Shown one piece after another: positions 20,622 to 30,176 of a DNA stretch of 64,000 nt. The stretch is from Candidatus Daviesbacteria bacterium RIFCSPHIGHO2_02_FULL_43_12 (GTDB lineage: Bacteria; Patescibacteriota; Microgenomatia; Daviesbacterales; UBA10151). The stretch lies in the NCBI GenBank assembly GCA_001776775.1, contig MFDD01000002.1:169834-233833 (forward strand), in the 5' to 3' direction. Every line of letters starts with the position of its first letter. Positions within the stretch are counted from its first letter, which is position 1. The position numbers were made by a program, and so were the translations under genes. Under the pieces are notes generated by a model. The model searched no databases. It was not told the origin of the DNA and saw only the letters and a program-made list of their open reading frames with translations.

Positions 20622-20685
20622 AGTTAAGAGTTAAGAGTTAAGAGTTAAGAGTTAAGAGTTAAGAGTTAAGAGTTAAGAGTTAAGA
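20618..20685. repeat. Heptanucleotide microsatellite (GAGTTAA) x ~9.5, perfect copies
   Basis: Read directly: begins inside the lepB TAG stop and fills most of the 69-bp convergent lepB/parB spacer. Confidence 0.95.
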
Positions 20686-20690
20686 AAAGA

Positions 20691-21548
20691 TTATTCCTGA
20701 GTTTCGAAGTATTGACTGATAGCTTGGTATATTTTATTAATCTTCTCACCGGTCATATCTGGGTGTCCATCCATGCGAATCTCTAGTTTTGCCTGAGTAC
20801 TAGTTTGAATATATTTAACTTTAGTTTCCTTGGTCCCTTTACTCAAGATTTCAGTCAACCTGGTTTGAATTCGATCGACATCGTCATTAATAATATGCAT
20901 CATATCCTTGACCGCTCCTCTGCGTGGGCCAATTTTATGTTGAGACCTCATTTTACGAACCAATTCTTCCGTACCGCGCACCGATAAATTCTTGCGTAAG
21001 ACCTCTTTATACCCTTCGATCACCAAGCGTGGATCATCCAAAGCCGCCAAGGCTCTAGCATGCCCTTCGGTGGTTTGACCGGACATTAACGCATCTTTAA
21101 GAGCATCGGGGAGAGTTAGCAGACGAATAGTATTGGAGATATATGATGGGCTTTTAGAGACCCGTTGAGAGATCTCAGCATTACCCAAAGCAAATTCATC
21201 CATTAATCTACGGTAAGCCTGAGCCCGTTCAAGTGGATTTAAATCAATGCGCTGAACATTTTCCACAATTGCCATTTCCAGCATTCCCTGAGGAGTAGTT
21301 TCGCGGATAATAACAGGGACTTTCTCTAACCCGGCCAGCTTTGAAGCCCGCCATCTTCTTTCACCAGCAATGATCTGGTACCCAGCAGGAGTTTTAGCAA
21401 CTACAATAGGTTCCAAGATGCCATGTTCGCGGATAGATTCAGCTAGCTCCGCCAGGGATTCGGGAGTAATAAGACCCCGGGGTTGTAAGGGGTTAGTCTG
21501 CAGCATATCTGCAGCCAGTTCAAAGATTCTGTCGCCGTTGTCATCCAT
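20691..21548 (-). CDS. parB: ParB/Spo0J-family partition protein (no parA partner in window)
   Basis: 285 aa, ParB box II IIAGERRWRASK, HTH region. Confidence 0.85.
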   Translation of the reverse strand: MDDNGDRIFELAADMLQTNPLQPRGLITPESLAELAESIREHGILEPIVVAKTPAGYQIIAGERRWRASKLAGLEKVPVIIRETTPQGMLEMAIVENVQRIDLNPLERAQAYRRLMDEFALGNAEISQRVSKSPSYISNTIRLLTLPDALKDALMSGQTTEGHARALAALDDPRLVIEGYKEVLRKNLSVRGTEELVRKMRSQHKIGPRRGAVKDMMHIINDDVDRIQTRLTEILSKGTKETKVKYIQTSTQAKLEIRMDGHPDMTGEKINKIYQAISQYFETQE

Positions 21549-21611
21549 TCCTGGTCAGACAGTAACATGTTTTCGTGAAAATTACTAGTCTATCTTTCCG
21601 TATCAGACTAG

Positions 21612-21857
21612 CTACACTACGCAGATTTGCTTTTTACCTAATTTCTTTTTGAACTCTACTTTACCTTCAGTCATAGAGAAGATTGTAAAATCATTACCTT
21701 GTTTAGTACCTACTCCAGCATAAAATTTGTTACCCTTTTGGCGAACTAGGATGTTGCCAATCGTAACTTTTTCGCCGGCGTAACGTTTTACTCCCAACCT
21801 TTTGGAGATTGAGTCTTTATTTCCGGAAACAGATCCTGTACCTTTTTTGGAAGACAT
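21612..21857 (-). CDS. rpmA: 50S ribosomal protein L27
   Basis: 81 aa; KKGTGS…SKRLGVKRYAGE…VRQKG signature. Confidence 0.9.
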   Translation of the reverse strand: MSSKKGTGSVSGNKDSISKRLGVKRYAGEKVTIGNILVRQKGNKFYAGVGTKQGNDFTIFSMTEGKVEFKKKLGKKQICVV

Positions 21858-21936
21858 TTATAGTTCTCAGTTCACAGTTCGCGGTTCACAGTTTAGTTTT
21901 TTGACTATAAACTATGTACCATAAACTATATACCGA

Positions 21937-22275
21937 TTATTTCCCCTCCTTTTTCTTGCTTGACTCTTGACTCTTGCTACTAGCTACTTTGATTGTGGTT
22001 GTATAAGTCCTGGCTCCGACCACTTTTCTGGTATTGGCTTTAGCATGATATTTTGCTACCCGGATCTTACGACCTCTCTTAGAACTTAAGACCTCAAATT
22101 CAATGGTTTCTTTAAGATAGGGTTTTCCGACAGTAATTTTATCCCCATCAACCAGCATTAATACTTTGTCGCAAGTAATTTTTTTAAGATCGCCCAAAAA
22201 ATTAACCAAGATTTCCTGATCGGGACTAACTTTATATTGTCTTCCAGCTACTTCTACAACGGCGTAGGTAAACAT
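21937..22275 (-). CDS. rplU: 50S ribosomal protein L21
   Basis: ORF-track ORF starts with TTG at 22293; ATG at 22275 gives MFTYAVVEVAGRQYKV canonical L21 N-terminus. Confidence 0.85.
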   Translation of the reverse strand: MFTYAVVEVAGRQYKVSPDQEILVNFLGDLKKITCDKVLMLVDGDKITVGKPYLKETIEFEVLSSKRGRKIRVAKYHAKANTRKVVGARTYTTTIKVASSKSQESSKKKEGK

Positions 22276-22333
22276 AACCCAAAGATTATACAAAAGATCA
22301 GAGGGAAAGTAAACTACAAGCTCCTATTAAACC

Positions 22334-23389
22334 TTAAATCCCAAATACCGGAATCTCTTTTTCTCGCAGCCCCCATCTATTTACCGAAGCTGCCAGTCCC
22401 AAGGACAAAAGCGAGATAATAATCGAGCTTCCACCGTAAGATAAAAAGGGCAATGTAATACCTGTGATAGGCATAATTCCAATATTCATCCCAATATTTA
22501 CTACAACTTGGAAAAAAAGCATCCCGATTACCCCCATCACAATCAATTCCCCAAAACGGTTTTCTACCCGGATTAAAGTAGCAAAAAGTAGATAAAAAAT
22601 AATCGAGTACAAACTTAGTACAATTATTGTCCCGATAAAACCTAGCTCTTCGCCAATAAAAGCAAAGATAAAATCTGTTCTAAACTCCGGTAAAAACTGC
22701 AGCCTTGACTGCGTACCTCTGCCAAGCCCCCTTCCCCAAAATTCTCCGGAGCCAACAGCGATAGTAGACTGAATAACGTTATATCCTACCCCCAAGGGGT
22801 CATGGTTGGGATATAAGAAACTCAGGAATCTTAGACGTTGATAATCCTTTAGCAAAAACCACATCACTGGCAACACCAAGATCCCCAGTATTCCCAGAAT
22901 TCCACTCTTAACCATCCCGATATTTGCAGCCGCCAACATAAAAAGCCAGATACACCCCAGTGTCAAAGTGGTACCAAGATCTGGCTGCTTAAAAACCAAT
23001 ATTCCAAAAGGCAGAAATATCAAGAAAGATAGAAAAATATTTCTCCAGGTAGTCTTTTTGTCTCCCCAAAAGACCCCCAGCGACATAATTAACGAGAGTT
23101 TAGCCATTTCCGAAGGTTGCAAATTAAAAAAACCAAGGGGTATCCACCGCACAGATCCCCTTGTTTCATAACCCAATACAAATACTACAATCAATAAAAT
23201 ACATACTAAAATATAAAATGGTTTAACCAGTACTTTTAATGCTCTTAAGTCAAGGCTCCTTAAGCCTAAATAACCGATCAGTCCGATCACCGCAAAGATT
23301 GTTTGCTGAAAAGCCAAGCTATGGTTGGAGGTAGAGGTAAAAATTACTGTAATACCCAGCGAAAGAAGAAGCAGGACTGGAACAATCAT
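22334..23389 (-). CDS. SEDS-family peptidoglycan glycosyltransferase (RodA/FtsW paralogue outside dcw cluster)
   Basis: 351 aa, ~10 TM, SEDS-like loops; a second SEDS protein sits inside the dcw cluster. Confidence 0.75.
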   Translation of the reverse strand: MIVPVLLLLSLGITVIFTSTSNHSLAFQQTIFAVIGLIGYLGLRSLDLRALKVLVKPFYILVCILLIVVFVLGYETRGSVRWIPLGFFNLQPSEMAKLSLIMSLGVFWGDKKTTWRNIFLSFLIFLPFGILVFKQPDLGTTLTLGCIWLFMLAAANIGMVKSGILGILGILVLPVMWFLLKDYQRLRFLSFLYPNHDPLGVGYNVIQSTIAVGSGEFWGRGLGRGTQSRLQFLPEFRTDFIFAFIGEELGFIGTIIVLSLYSIIFYLLFATLIRVENRFGELIVMGVIGMLFFQVVVNIGMNIGIMPITGITLPFLSYGGSSIIISLLSLGLAASVNRWGLREKEIPVFGI

Positions 23390-23395
23390 TTTGAT

Positions 23396-26317
23396 TTAAA
23401 CTGCAATCTTTTTTATTTCTGCCTGATCAGATTTTACCAATTTAACAGCAGAGGTCATTTTAAGAATCATTTCTGTATATTGCTCCGGCCACTGCGGAAG
23501 GTAAATTTCAATTTTATCTTTTAGGGTCAGGGTGGCATCTTTTCTCATTTGTTGAACCTGTCGGATTATTTCTCGAGCTTTTCCCTCTTCGGCCAAGTCC
23601 TGAGTAACGACCGTGTCCAGCTCAACAGCAGGTTTTGGAGCAGATGACTTTTTATACTCTACTGATTTTACGTTTAGCTCTTGGGCAATTACCTCTTCCA
23701 AATCATCACTCAGCTTCCTGGACAAAGAATAGGTGAGCTTAGCCAAGGGTTGTCTTAATTTAAGCTCGGCTTCTTTTCTCTTACTGTGACCTAACTCCAC
23801 TACTTCCCGAACTGTTTTCATATCTTGAACCAAAGTTTCGTTTAGTAAGCCTTTGTCTCCTTCTGGGTAAAAACTTAGATGGACGGACTCTTCGTCGGTC
23901 AGAGTACGATAGATCTCTTCGGTGATAAAGGGGGCGAGGGGGGCAAAAAGCTTAGTGAAAGTGACCAAAACCCCATACATCACAGAAAAAAAAGTATCTT
24001 GATCGATCAGGTTTTCGTTATTGCTGACTCTGTCTCTTGACCGGCGGATATACCAAGTAGAAAAATCCGTTACCAGAAACTCCTTTAGGAGCTTTGTGGC
24101 CGCTGGTAAATCGTAGTTATCCAAAGCTTTTCTGGATAAAATTACGACTTCAGTTAAACGGGCCAAAATCCATTTATCCAGCACAGATAAACTAGCCTTT
24201 AGGGTCCCTGGATCGATCTTGTTGCATTCCCATTGCAGGATACTGGCGTAATCCATAAAAAATTTGTAGCAGTTCCAATAAATCAGTAGGAATTTATAAT
24301 TTTCCGAAACTCCCTCCTCTAAAAAGTTCATATCTTCACCCTTCATTACCGGCGAACCCATCAGGTAGAGTCGTAAGGCGTCTCCGCCGTAAGTATCCAA
24401 AATCATTTTAGGATCAGGGTAATTACCAAAAGATTTACTCATCTTTCGACCATCATTACCAGCCAAAACTCCGGTACAGATTACATTCGTAAAAGCGCCC
24501 TGATCAAATATCAAAGTCGAGATCCGAAGCAGTACATTAAACCAAGCCCTCACCTGGCCAACATATTCAATAATAAAATCTGCCGGTTGAGAATCTTCAA
24601 AAGCTTGCTTGTTCTCGAAAGGATAGTGGTATTCGGCAAAAGGAGCAGACCCAGAATCCATCCAACAATCTAATACCTCCGGAATCCGGAAGTACTCTTT
24701 TCCGTCTTTTTTCAGCACAACCTTGTCACAAACATCCCGATGCAGATCCATCGGCTCACCCCTAAAGAAGTAGGTCGGTTTTGCAGTTCCCGGTTCACGG
24801 TTCACCCCGATATAACCGGGGTTCACGGTAATCTCGTTGCAATATTGAGCCATTTCATTGAGGCTGCCGATAACTATTTCCTCTCCGGTTTTACTCCTCC
24901 AGATCGGCATGATTGTTGCCCAATAGCGGTTTCGAGAGATGCACCAATCAGGTGAGGTCTCCAGAGTATGTAAAAATCTCCCCTCTTTAATATGTTCCGG
25001 GATCCAGTTAGTCTCCTGGTTTAGCTCCTTCATTCGCTCTTTAATCTTTTGCACATCTATAAAATATGCATCCTGGGCCATATAGATTAAGGGGTTACTC
25101 CCCCGGTAAAAGGGTAGCCTGTGGGTATAAACTTCGCTGCGAAGTAAAACCTGCTTTTTCTGCATATCCTCGGTTATCAGGGCGGAAGCATCTCTTAAAT
25201 ATATTCCTTTCCAGGGGCCAATCGTCAGGTTGCCCTCTTCGTCAATATCGCTTAGTGCTGTAATCCCATGCTTAAGCCCCATCTGAAAATCAACCTCGCC
25301 AAAAGCCGGAGCGATATGCAAAACTCCCGTACCTTCGTCTAAGTTTACGTCTTCGGAGAGATAAACTTGGAAGTCTGTCTTACTATCTGATTTCAAATAA
25401 TCATATATTTGGGCATACTTCACCCCTCCAAGTTCACCTCCTGGAAATTCCGCAATAACCCGGACCTTGTTGCCAAAAGTGTACTGCACTCGGTCTTTGG
25501 CAACAATCAGATATTCTTGATCAACTTCGACCAGAGAATAAATAAATTTAGAATTAACTGCTAAAGCAAAGTTCGCCGGTATAGTCCAAGGGGTAGTCGT
25601 CCAAGCTATCAAGTAAATAGGCTTTGACTGCAAAGCTTTATCATTTATACACTCCGGGGTATTTGTTAATTCAAATTTAACAAAGACGCTTAGATCTTCC
25701 ATCTCCTGATAGTTATCCGGATCCATAGCTACTTCAAATTGCGAAACAGGGGTTGATGTATCTGTCGAAAAAAGTGAGACTCTTTTGCCCTTGTAAATTA
25801 AACCTTTGTCATATATTTGTTTAAAAGCCCAGATCACCGACTCCATAAAATCAACGCTCATAGTATAGTAAGCGTTGTCCATATCCACCCATCTGCCGAT
25901 TTTTTCGATATACCAACGCCAGTCAGAAGAGGCTGTTTGAACATATTTACGACACTCTTGAACATATTTTTCTATACCTAATTTTTCTTCTAGTTGAGCG
26001 CTAGATTTAATACCAAAAAGTTTGTTAACCTTTTCTTCAATCGGAAGACCGTGACAATCCCAGCCAAACACCCGGCGAACTCTTTTTCCAAGCATTGTTT
26101 GATACCGTGGTATCACGTCTTTAGCAATTGAGGGAAGCAGTGATCCATAATGAGGATTACCGGTTACAAAAGGTGGTCCATCAACAAAAGTATAGGCATT
26201 GTCCGGAGAACGGTCCTCAACGGATTTGGCAAAGATTTTTTGCTCTTTCCAAAATTTGGAGATTTCGTTTTCGATCTCTATCAGATTAACTTGTCCAGAA
26301 ACTGTCTTGAAAGCCAT
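23396..26317 (-). CDS. ileS: Isoleucyl-tRNA synthetase, type 2 (eukaryote/archaeal-like, no C-terminal Zn finger)
   Basis: 973 aa; PHYGS (HIGH variant) after FVDGPPFVTGNPHYGSLL, DWCISRNRYW block, KMSKS. Confidence 0.85.
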   Translation of the reverse strand: MAFKTVSGQVNLIEIENEISKFWKEQKIFAKSVEDRSPDNAYTFVDGPPFVTGNPHYGSLLPSIAKDVIPRYQTMLGKRVRRVFGWDCHGLPIEEKVNKLFGIKSSAQLEEKLGIEKYVQECRKYVQTASSDWRWYIEKIGRWVDMDNAYYTMSVDFMESVIWAFKQIYDKGLIYKGKRVSLFSTDTSTPVSQFEVAMDPDNYQEMEDLSVFVKFELTNTPECINDKALQSKPIYLIAWTTTPWTIPANFALAVNSKFIYSLVEVDQEYLIVAKDRVQYTFGNKVRVIAEFPGGELGGVKYAQIYDYLKSDSKTDFQVYLSEDVNLDEGTGVLHIAPAFGEVDFQMGLKHGITALSDIDEEGNLTIGPWKGIYLRDASALITEDMQKKQVLLRSEVYTHRLPFYRGSNPLIYMAQDAYFIDVQKIKERMKELNQETNWIPEHIKEGRFLHTLETSPDWCISRNRYWATIMPIWRSKTGEEIVIGSLNEMAQYCNEITVNPGYIGVNREPGTAKPTYFFRGEPMDLHRDVCDKVVLKKDGKEYFRIPEVLDCWMDSGSAPFAEYHYPFENKQAFEDSQPADFIIEYVGQVRAWFNVLLRISTLIFDQGAFTNVICTGVLAGNDGRKMSKSFGNYPDPKMILDTYGGDALRLYLMGSPVMKGEDMNFLEEGVSENYKFLLIYWNCYKFFMDYASILQWECNKIDPGTLKASLSVLDKWILARLTEVVILSRKALDNYDLPAATKLLKEFLVTDFSTWYIRRSRDRVSNNENLIDQDTFFSVMYGVLVTFTKLFAPLAPFITEEIYRTLTDEESVHLSFYPEGDKGLLNETLVQDMKTVREVVELGHSKRKEAELKLRQPLAKLTYSLSRKLSDDLEEVIAQELNVKSVEYKKSSAPKPAVELDTVVTQDLAEEGKAREIIRQVQQMRKDATLTLKDKIEIYLPQWPEQYTEMILKMTSAVKLVKSDQAEIKKIAV

Positions 26318-26417
26318 AGAGGTATTTTAGCAGATCTTCTCTTAGCGAACCAGAGAGTTGTGTCCTGTGGATCATTCTAGACAAATTCTTCTTTCTTGTG
26401 TATAGTATTTTAACTTC

Positions 26418-27320
26418 ATGACAGATTCCGGCAATATCCAAGACATCTTCCCCCCAGCCCAACTCGGCATTATCGGCTATGGTATCGTCGGTCAAGCTCT
26501 GGCTTATGGATTTACCACTGCTTCCAAGGGACGAGATGTTATTCGCTTCTACGACAAGTTCAAAAAGAGCCTACCTTTACCTGAGGTTATTGAGAAATCA
26601 GAGTTTATCTTCCTGGGTCTCCCTACCCCAATGAAAAAAGACGAATCGGGTATTGATCTATCCATAGTTGATGAGATGGTCAAGGAGATTACTAATTACA
26701 CTGATAATACTGACAAAGTTATAATTATCAAATCAACTGTGGTACCGGGAACAACTCGTAAATATCAGGCCCTATATCCACATTCAAACTTTTGCTTTAA
26801 CCCCGAATTTTTAACTGAAGCCAATTTTCTGGAAGATTTTCTGAACGCTAAGAGAACAATTATCGGCGCAAGTAGCGACCTTGTTTCCAGACGAGTAGCT
26901 GTACTTTATAAAGAGCGTTTCTTAGAAACTCAAATTTTCCAAACCGATCCTACCACAGCTGAAACAGTTAAATATTTTGCCAATGCCTTTTTAGCTCTTA
27001 AGGTCACTTTTGCCAATATTTTTTATGACCTTTGCAAAGAATTGGATATTAACTATGACGAAGTTAAAAGGCTTGCTACTACCGATCCTCGTATTGGTAA
27101 TTCCCATTTAGATGTTACTGCCACTCGTGGATTTGGTCAGAAATGTTTTCCTAAAGATATGGTTGCTTTGCTCGGCGAAGCACATGAGCTCGGTGTTGAT
27201 GTTAAAGTCTTAGAAGCAGCTTGGGAATATAACAAGAAAATTCGTAAAGACCACGACTGGGAAGAGATCCCCTTTGCTGTCAGCGAAATAAAGAATAAAG
27301 AATTAAGTAGTAAGAATTAA
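26418..27320 (+). CDS. UDP-glucose/GDP-mannose dehydrogenase family protein, short form (N-terminal + central domains only)
   Basis: Rossmann GIIGYGIVG, catalytic GFGQKCFPKD block; ends ~where the C-terminal UDP-sugar binding domain would start. Confidence 0.7.
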   Translation: MTDSGNIQDIFPPAQLGIIGYGIVGQALAYGFTTASKGRDVIRFYDKFKKSLPLPEVIEKSEFIFLGLPTPMKKDESGIDLSIVDEMVKEITNYTDNTDKVIIIKSTVVPGTTRKYQALYPHSNFCFNPEFLTEANFLEDFLNAKRTIIGASSDLVSRRVAVLYKERFLETQIFQTDPTTAETVKYFANAFLALKVTFANIFYDLCKELDINYDEVKRLATTDPRIGNSHLDVTATRGFGQKCFPKDMVALLGEAHELGVDVKVLEAAWEYNKKIRKDHDWEEIPFAVSEIKNKELSSKN

Positions 27321-27347
27321 GGGCGACATATTTTCTTTATTCTTACT

Positions 27348-28295
27348 CTAACTTCTCACCCACTCTATCATTTTCAACAGTCCTTCTTTCAGGTCAACTT
27401 TTGGTTCCCAACCCAAAAGTTTTCGAGCTTTAGTGATATCCGGCTGTCTCTTTTTTGGGTCATCCTCGGGCAGGTCTTCGCTAAAGATTATTTCACTCTT
27501 TGAATTGGTCAGTCTCTTCACCATTTCTGCATACTCAACTACTGTATGTTCCTCAGGATTTCCGATATTCACAACCTCTCCCTTGGTATTCGGGCTAAAC
27601 ATCAATTTGTAAATCCCCTCGACTGTATCATCTACATAGCAGAGTGACCTGGTTTGCTGACCATCTCCGAAAATCGTCACGGGTTTGTTTTCTAAAGCTT
27701 GGTTGATAAATGTAATAATCATCCGCATATCCGCCTTTTGCATTCTTGGGCCATAGGTATTAAAAATTCGGACAATTCGCGCATCGACCCCTCTATCTCT
27801 TTCAAAATAAGCAGTTATGGTCTCTCCAAATCTTTTCGCTTCGTCATAAACGGATCTTGGTCCGGTGGTTGAAACATTTCCACGGTATTCTTCTTTTTGC
27901 GGAGCTTCTAGCGGATCTCCGTAACACTCAGATGTTGAAGCAAAGAGAAATTTGGCTTTATTTTTTTCAGCAAATTTTAGCAACTCCAAGGTTCCTTGAG
28001 TATTCACTAACATTGTTTCCATAGGGAGGGCGTGATAGCTCAAGCTACTATGATGATTAGGTGACGCCGGGGAAGCAAAATGGAATACCGCCTCAGCTGT
28101 AATGTTTTCCGGTATTGGTTTGGTAACATCGTGTTCCAAAAATGCAAACTTGGGGTTACCCAAAAATTGCTGAATGTTTTCTTTGCTGCCGGTTAGTAAA
28201 TTATCAACACAAATTACCTCATGACTTTCTTTTAAAAACCTCTCGCATAGATGCGACCCTAAAAATCCAGCCCCTCCGGCCACTAATATTTTCAT
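27348..28295 (-). CDS. UDP-glucuronate decarboxylase (UDP-xylose synthase)-like NAD-dependent epimerase/dehydratase
   Basis: MKILVAGGAGFLGSHLCERFL…EVICVDNLLTGSKENI closely follows the UXS/ArnA-decarboxylase pattern. Confidence 0.75.
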   Translation of the reverse strand: MKILVAGGAGFLGSHLCERFLKESHEVICVDNLLTGSKENIQQFLGNPKFAFLEHDVTKPIPENITAEAVFHFASPASPNHHSSLSYHALPMETMLVNTQGTLELLKFAEKNKAKFLFASTSECYGDPLEAPQKEEYRGNVSTTGPRSVYDEAKRFGETITAYFERDRGVDARIVRIFNTYGPRMQKADMRMIITFINQALENKPVTIFGDGQQTRSLCYVDDTVEGIYKLMFSPNTKGEVVNIGNPEEHTVVEYAEMVKRLTNSKSEIIFSEDLPEDDPKKRQPDITKARKLLGWEPKVDLKEGLLKMIEWVRS

Positions 28296-28298
28296 AAT

Positions 28299-28808
28299 TT
28301 ATTCTCTCCCTGTCGTTTTAGCTAATTTATCTACCACTACATTTTCATATTCAAAGGCCATGTGTACACGCCTATCTAAATTCATCCATAAAAATCTAGA
28401 CACTTCTTCTGAGGACTCCAGGATAATTCTTTTCTCAAACGTTATTAAGTAAAAAAAGTTTAAAGTAAAATAGGTATTTCCCTCGTAGGGATATTTATCG
28501 ACTAAAACATCGAAGAGTCTTAGGTCTTTTTTATCAATCATTACCCCAGTTTCTTCTTGAAATTCTCTGACTGCACCATCTTTTGGATCTTCTCCGTTTC
28601 TTAAAAAGCCTCCCAGTAGCTCAAAGCTTCCTTTATGCGGATCCTGCTCTCTCACACCTACTAGAATTTCTTTTTCTCGATAGACTGGGGTGACGGTAGC
28701 TGTTGGTTTAGAATTATAAAATGTAGATTTATGACAAGAGGGGCATTTAAATCCTTGTTTTGTTTGATCTTTTATCTCTGCTCCACAATTCGGACAATAC
28801 TTAAACAT
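28299..28808 (-). CDS. NUDIX hydrolase with N-terminal C4 zinc ribbon
   Basis: CPNCG…CPSCH then Nudix box GGFLRNGEDPKDGAVREFQEETGV. Confidence 0.8.
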   Translation of the reverse strand: MFKYCPNCGAEIKDQTKQGFKCPSCHKSTFYNSKPTATVTPVYREKEILVGVREQDPHKGSFELLGGFLRNGEDPKDGAVREFQEETGVMIDKKDLRLFDVLVDKYPYEGNTYFTLNFFYLITFEKRIILESSEEVSRFLWMNLDRRVHMAFEYENVVVDKLAKTTGRE

Positions 28809-28864
28809 TAGTAAAAGAGATTGTAGATTAATTCTAAATATTTGTCTATGAATGAGGTTGCAAA

Positions 28865-30106
28865 CTAACGGTTTTGTCTGAGAAAAGCGGGGATTTCCAG
28901 ATCGTCGCTGTCATCAGTGCTATATTTATCTTCAATCTGGGTCTGATCTTCGCTAGATTGAGTCGAAGGTTCTTCAACAGATCGCCTACTACTCCCAAGA
29001 TTCGGAAAAGCTCCAAAAGCTGATGATTGTTGTGGTTGAAGAACTTGCTGAGTTTGGGACTGAGGCGGGTTGTAATTACTTTGCGGGGTTACTCCACTTT
29101 GAGATTGAGTAGCAGACATCCCTAGTCCGGCATATTCCCGCAATCTGCCTCTGCTCTCATCAAATCCGGTGGCAATAACCGATACCTTGACCATATCCAC
29201 CATGTCTTCTTTAATAGTCGCTCCGAAAATAATATTGGCATCGGGTTCAGCCGCCTGAGCTATAATCTGGGCTGCTTCATTAACTTCGGTCATGGATAGA
29301 TCTGGACCTCCGACGATATTAAACAGCACACCTTTGGCTCCTTCGATCGATACTTCCAAAAGAGGAGACGCGATCGCCATTCGGGCAGCCACTGCTGCTC
29401 TGTTTTCTCCACCAGCCTGTCCAATACCCATCAAGGCCGATCCTGCACTACTCATAATTGATTTGACATCAGCAAAGTCTACATTTATCAGTCCCGGCAT
29501 GGTGATAAGATCAGATATCCCTTGTACCCCCTGACCCAGAACAGAGTCAGCCAGTTTAAAAGCTTCCTGCAAGGTCATATTCTTGTCTACTACTTCCAGC
29601 AGCCGCTGATTGGGGATGACGATCAAGGCATCGACATGATCTTTCAGGCGTTCGATTCCCTCTTCGGCTGCCATCATTCTTCTTGAACCTTCAAACGCAA
29701 ATGGTTTTGTTACTACTGCTACAGTCAAAGCGCCTACTTTTCTAGCGACAGAAGCGGCGATCGGAATAGCTCCGGTACCCGTACCTCCACCCATACCGGC
29801 GGTTAAAAAAATCATATCCGCATCTTGCATGACGTCTTCCAATTTTTGCACTGACTCTTCGGCAGCCGCACGACCGACCTCCGGATCTCCACCAGAACCC
29901 AGACCTCGAGTTAGTGCTTCTCCAATTTGGACTTTGGTAGGTGACTGGTTTCCGAGGAGTGCTTGCGCATCAGTATTTACAGCCACAAATTCAACTCCTT
30001 GGATCTGCTGAAGAGTAATCATCGAATTAAGAGCATTGGTACCTCCACCACCCAGACCAATCACTTTAATCTTGGCAAAGCGCTGTACATCAGGTTTGAT
30101 CAACAT
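28865..30106 (-). CDS. ftsZ: Cell division GTPase FtsZ
   Basis: GGGTGTG tubulin signature, 413 aa with Gln/Ser-rich C-terminal tail. Confidence 0.95.
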   Translation of the reverse strand: MLIKPDVQRFAKIKVIGLGGGGTNALNSMITLQQIQGVEFVAVNTDAQALLGNQSPTKVQIGEALTRGLGSGGDPEVGRAAAEESVQKLEDVMQDADMIFLTAGMGGGTGTGAIPIAASVARKVGALTVAVVTKPFAFEGSRRMMAAEEGIERLKDHVDALIVIPNQRLLEVVDKNMTLQEAFKLADSVLGQGVQGISDLITMPGLINVDFADVKSIMSSAGSALMGIGQAGGENRAAVAARMAIASPLLEVSIEGAKGVLFNIVGGPDLSMTEVNEAAQIIAQAAEPDANIIFGATIKEDMVDMVKVSVIATGFDESRGRLREYAGLGMSATQSQSGVTPQSNYNPPQSQTQQVLQPQQSSAFGAFPNLGSSRRSVEEPSTQSSEDQTQIEDKYSTDDSDDLEIPAFLRQNR

Positions 30107-30176
30107 ATATGGGCCGATTGTAGCAGTTTAAAAAACTATTGTCGAGAGTGTTTATTAGGGCAGCCCTTCGGTCAAC

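Noticed and set aside
20618-20685. Possibility that the heptamer array is a CRISPR or mobile-element remnant
   Set aside because: The tract is contiguous identical 7-mers without spacers, and no cas or transposase genes are in the window. It was classified as a microsatellite.
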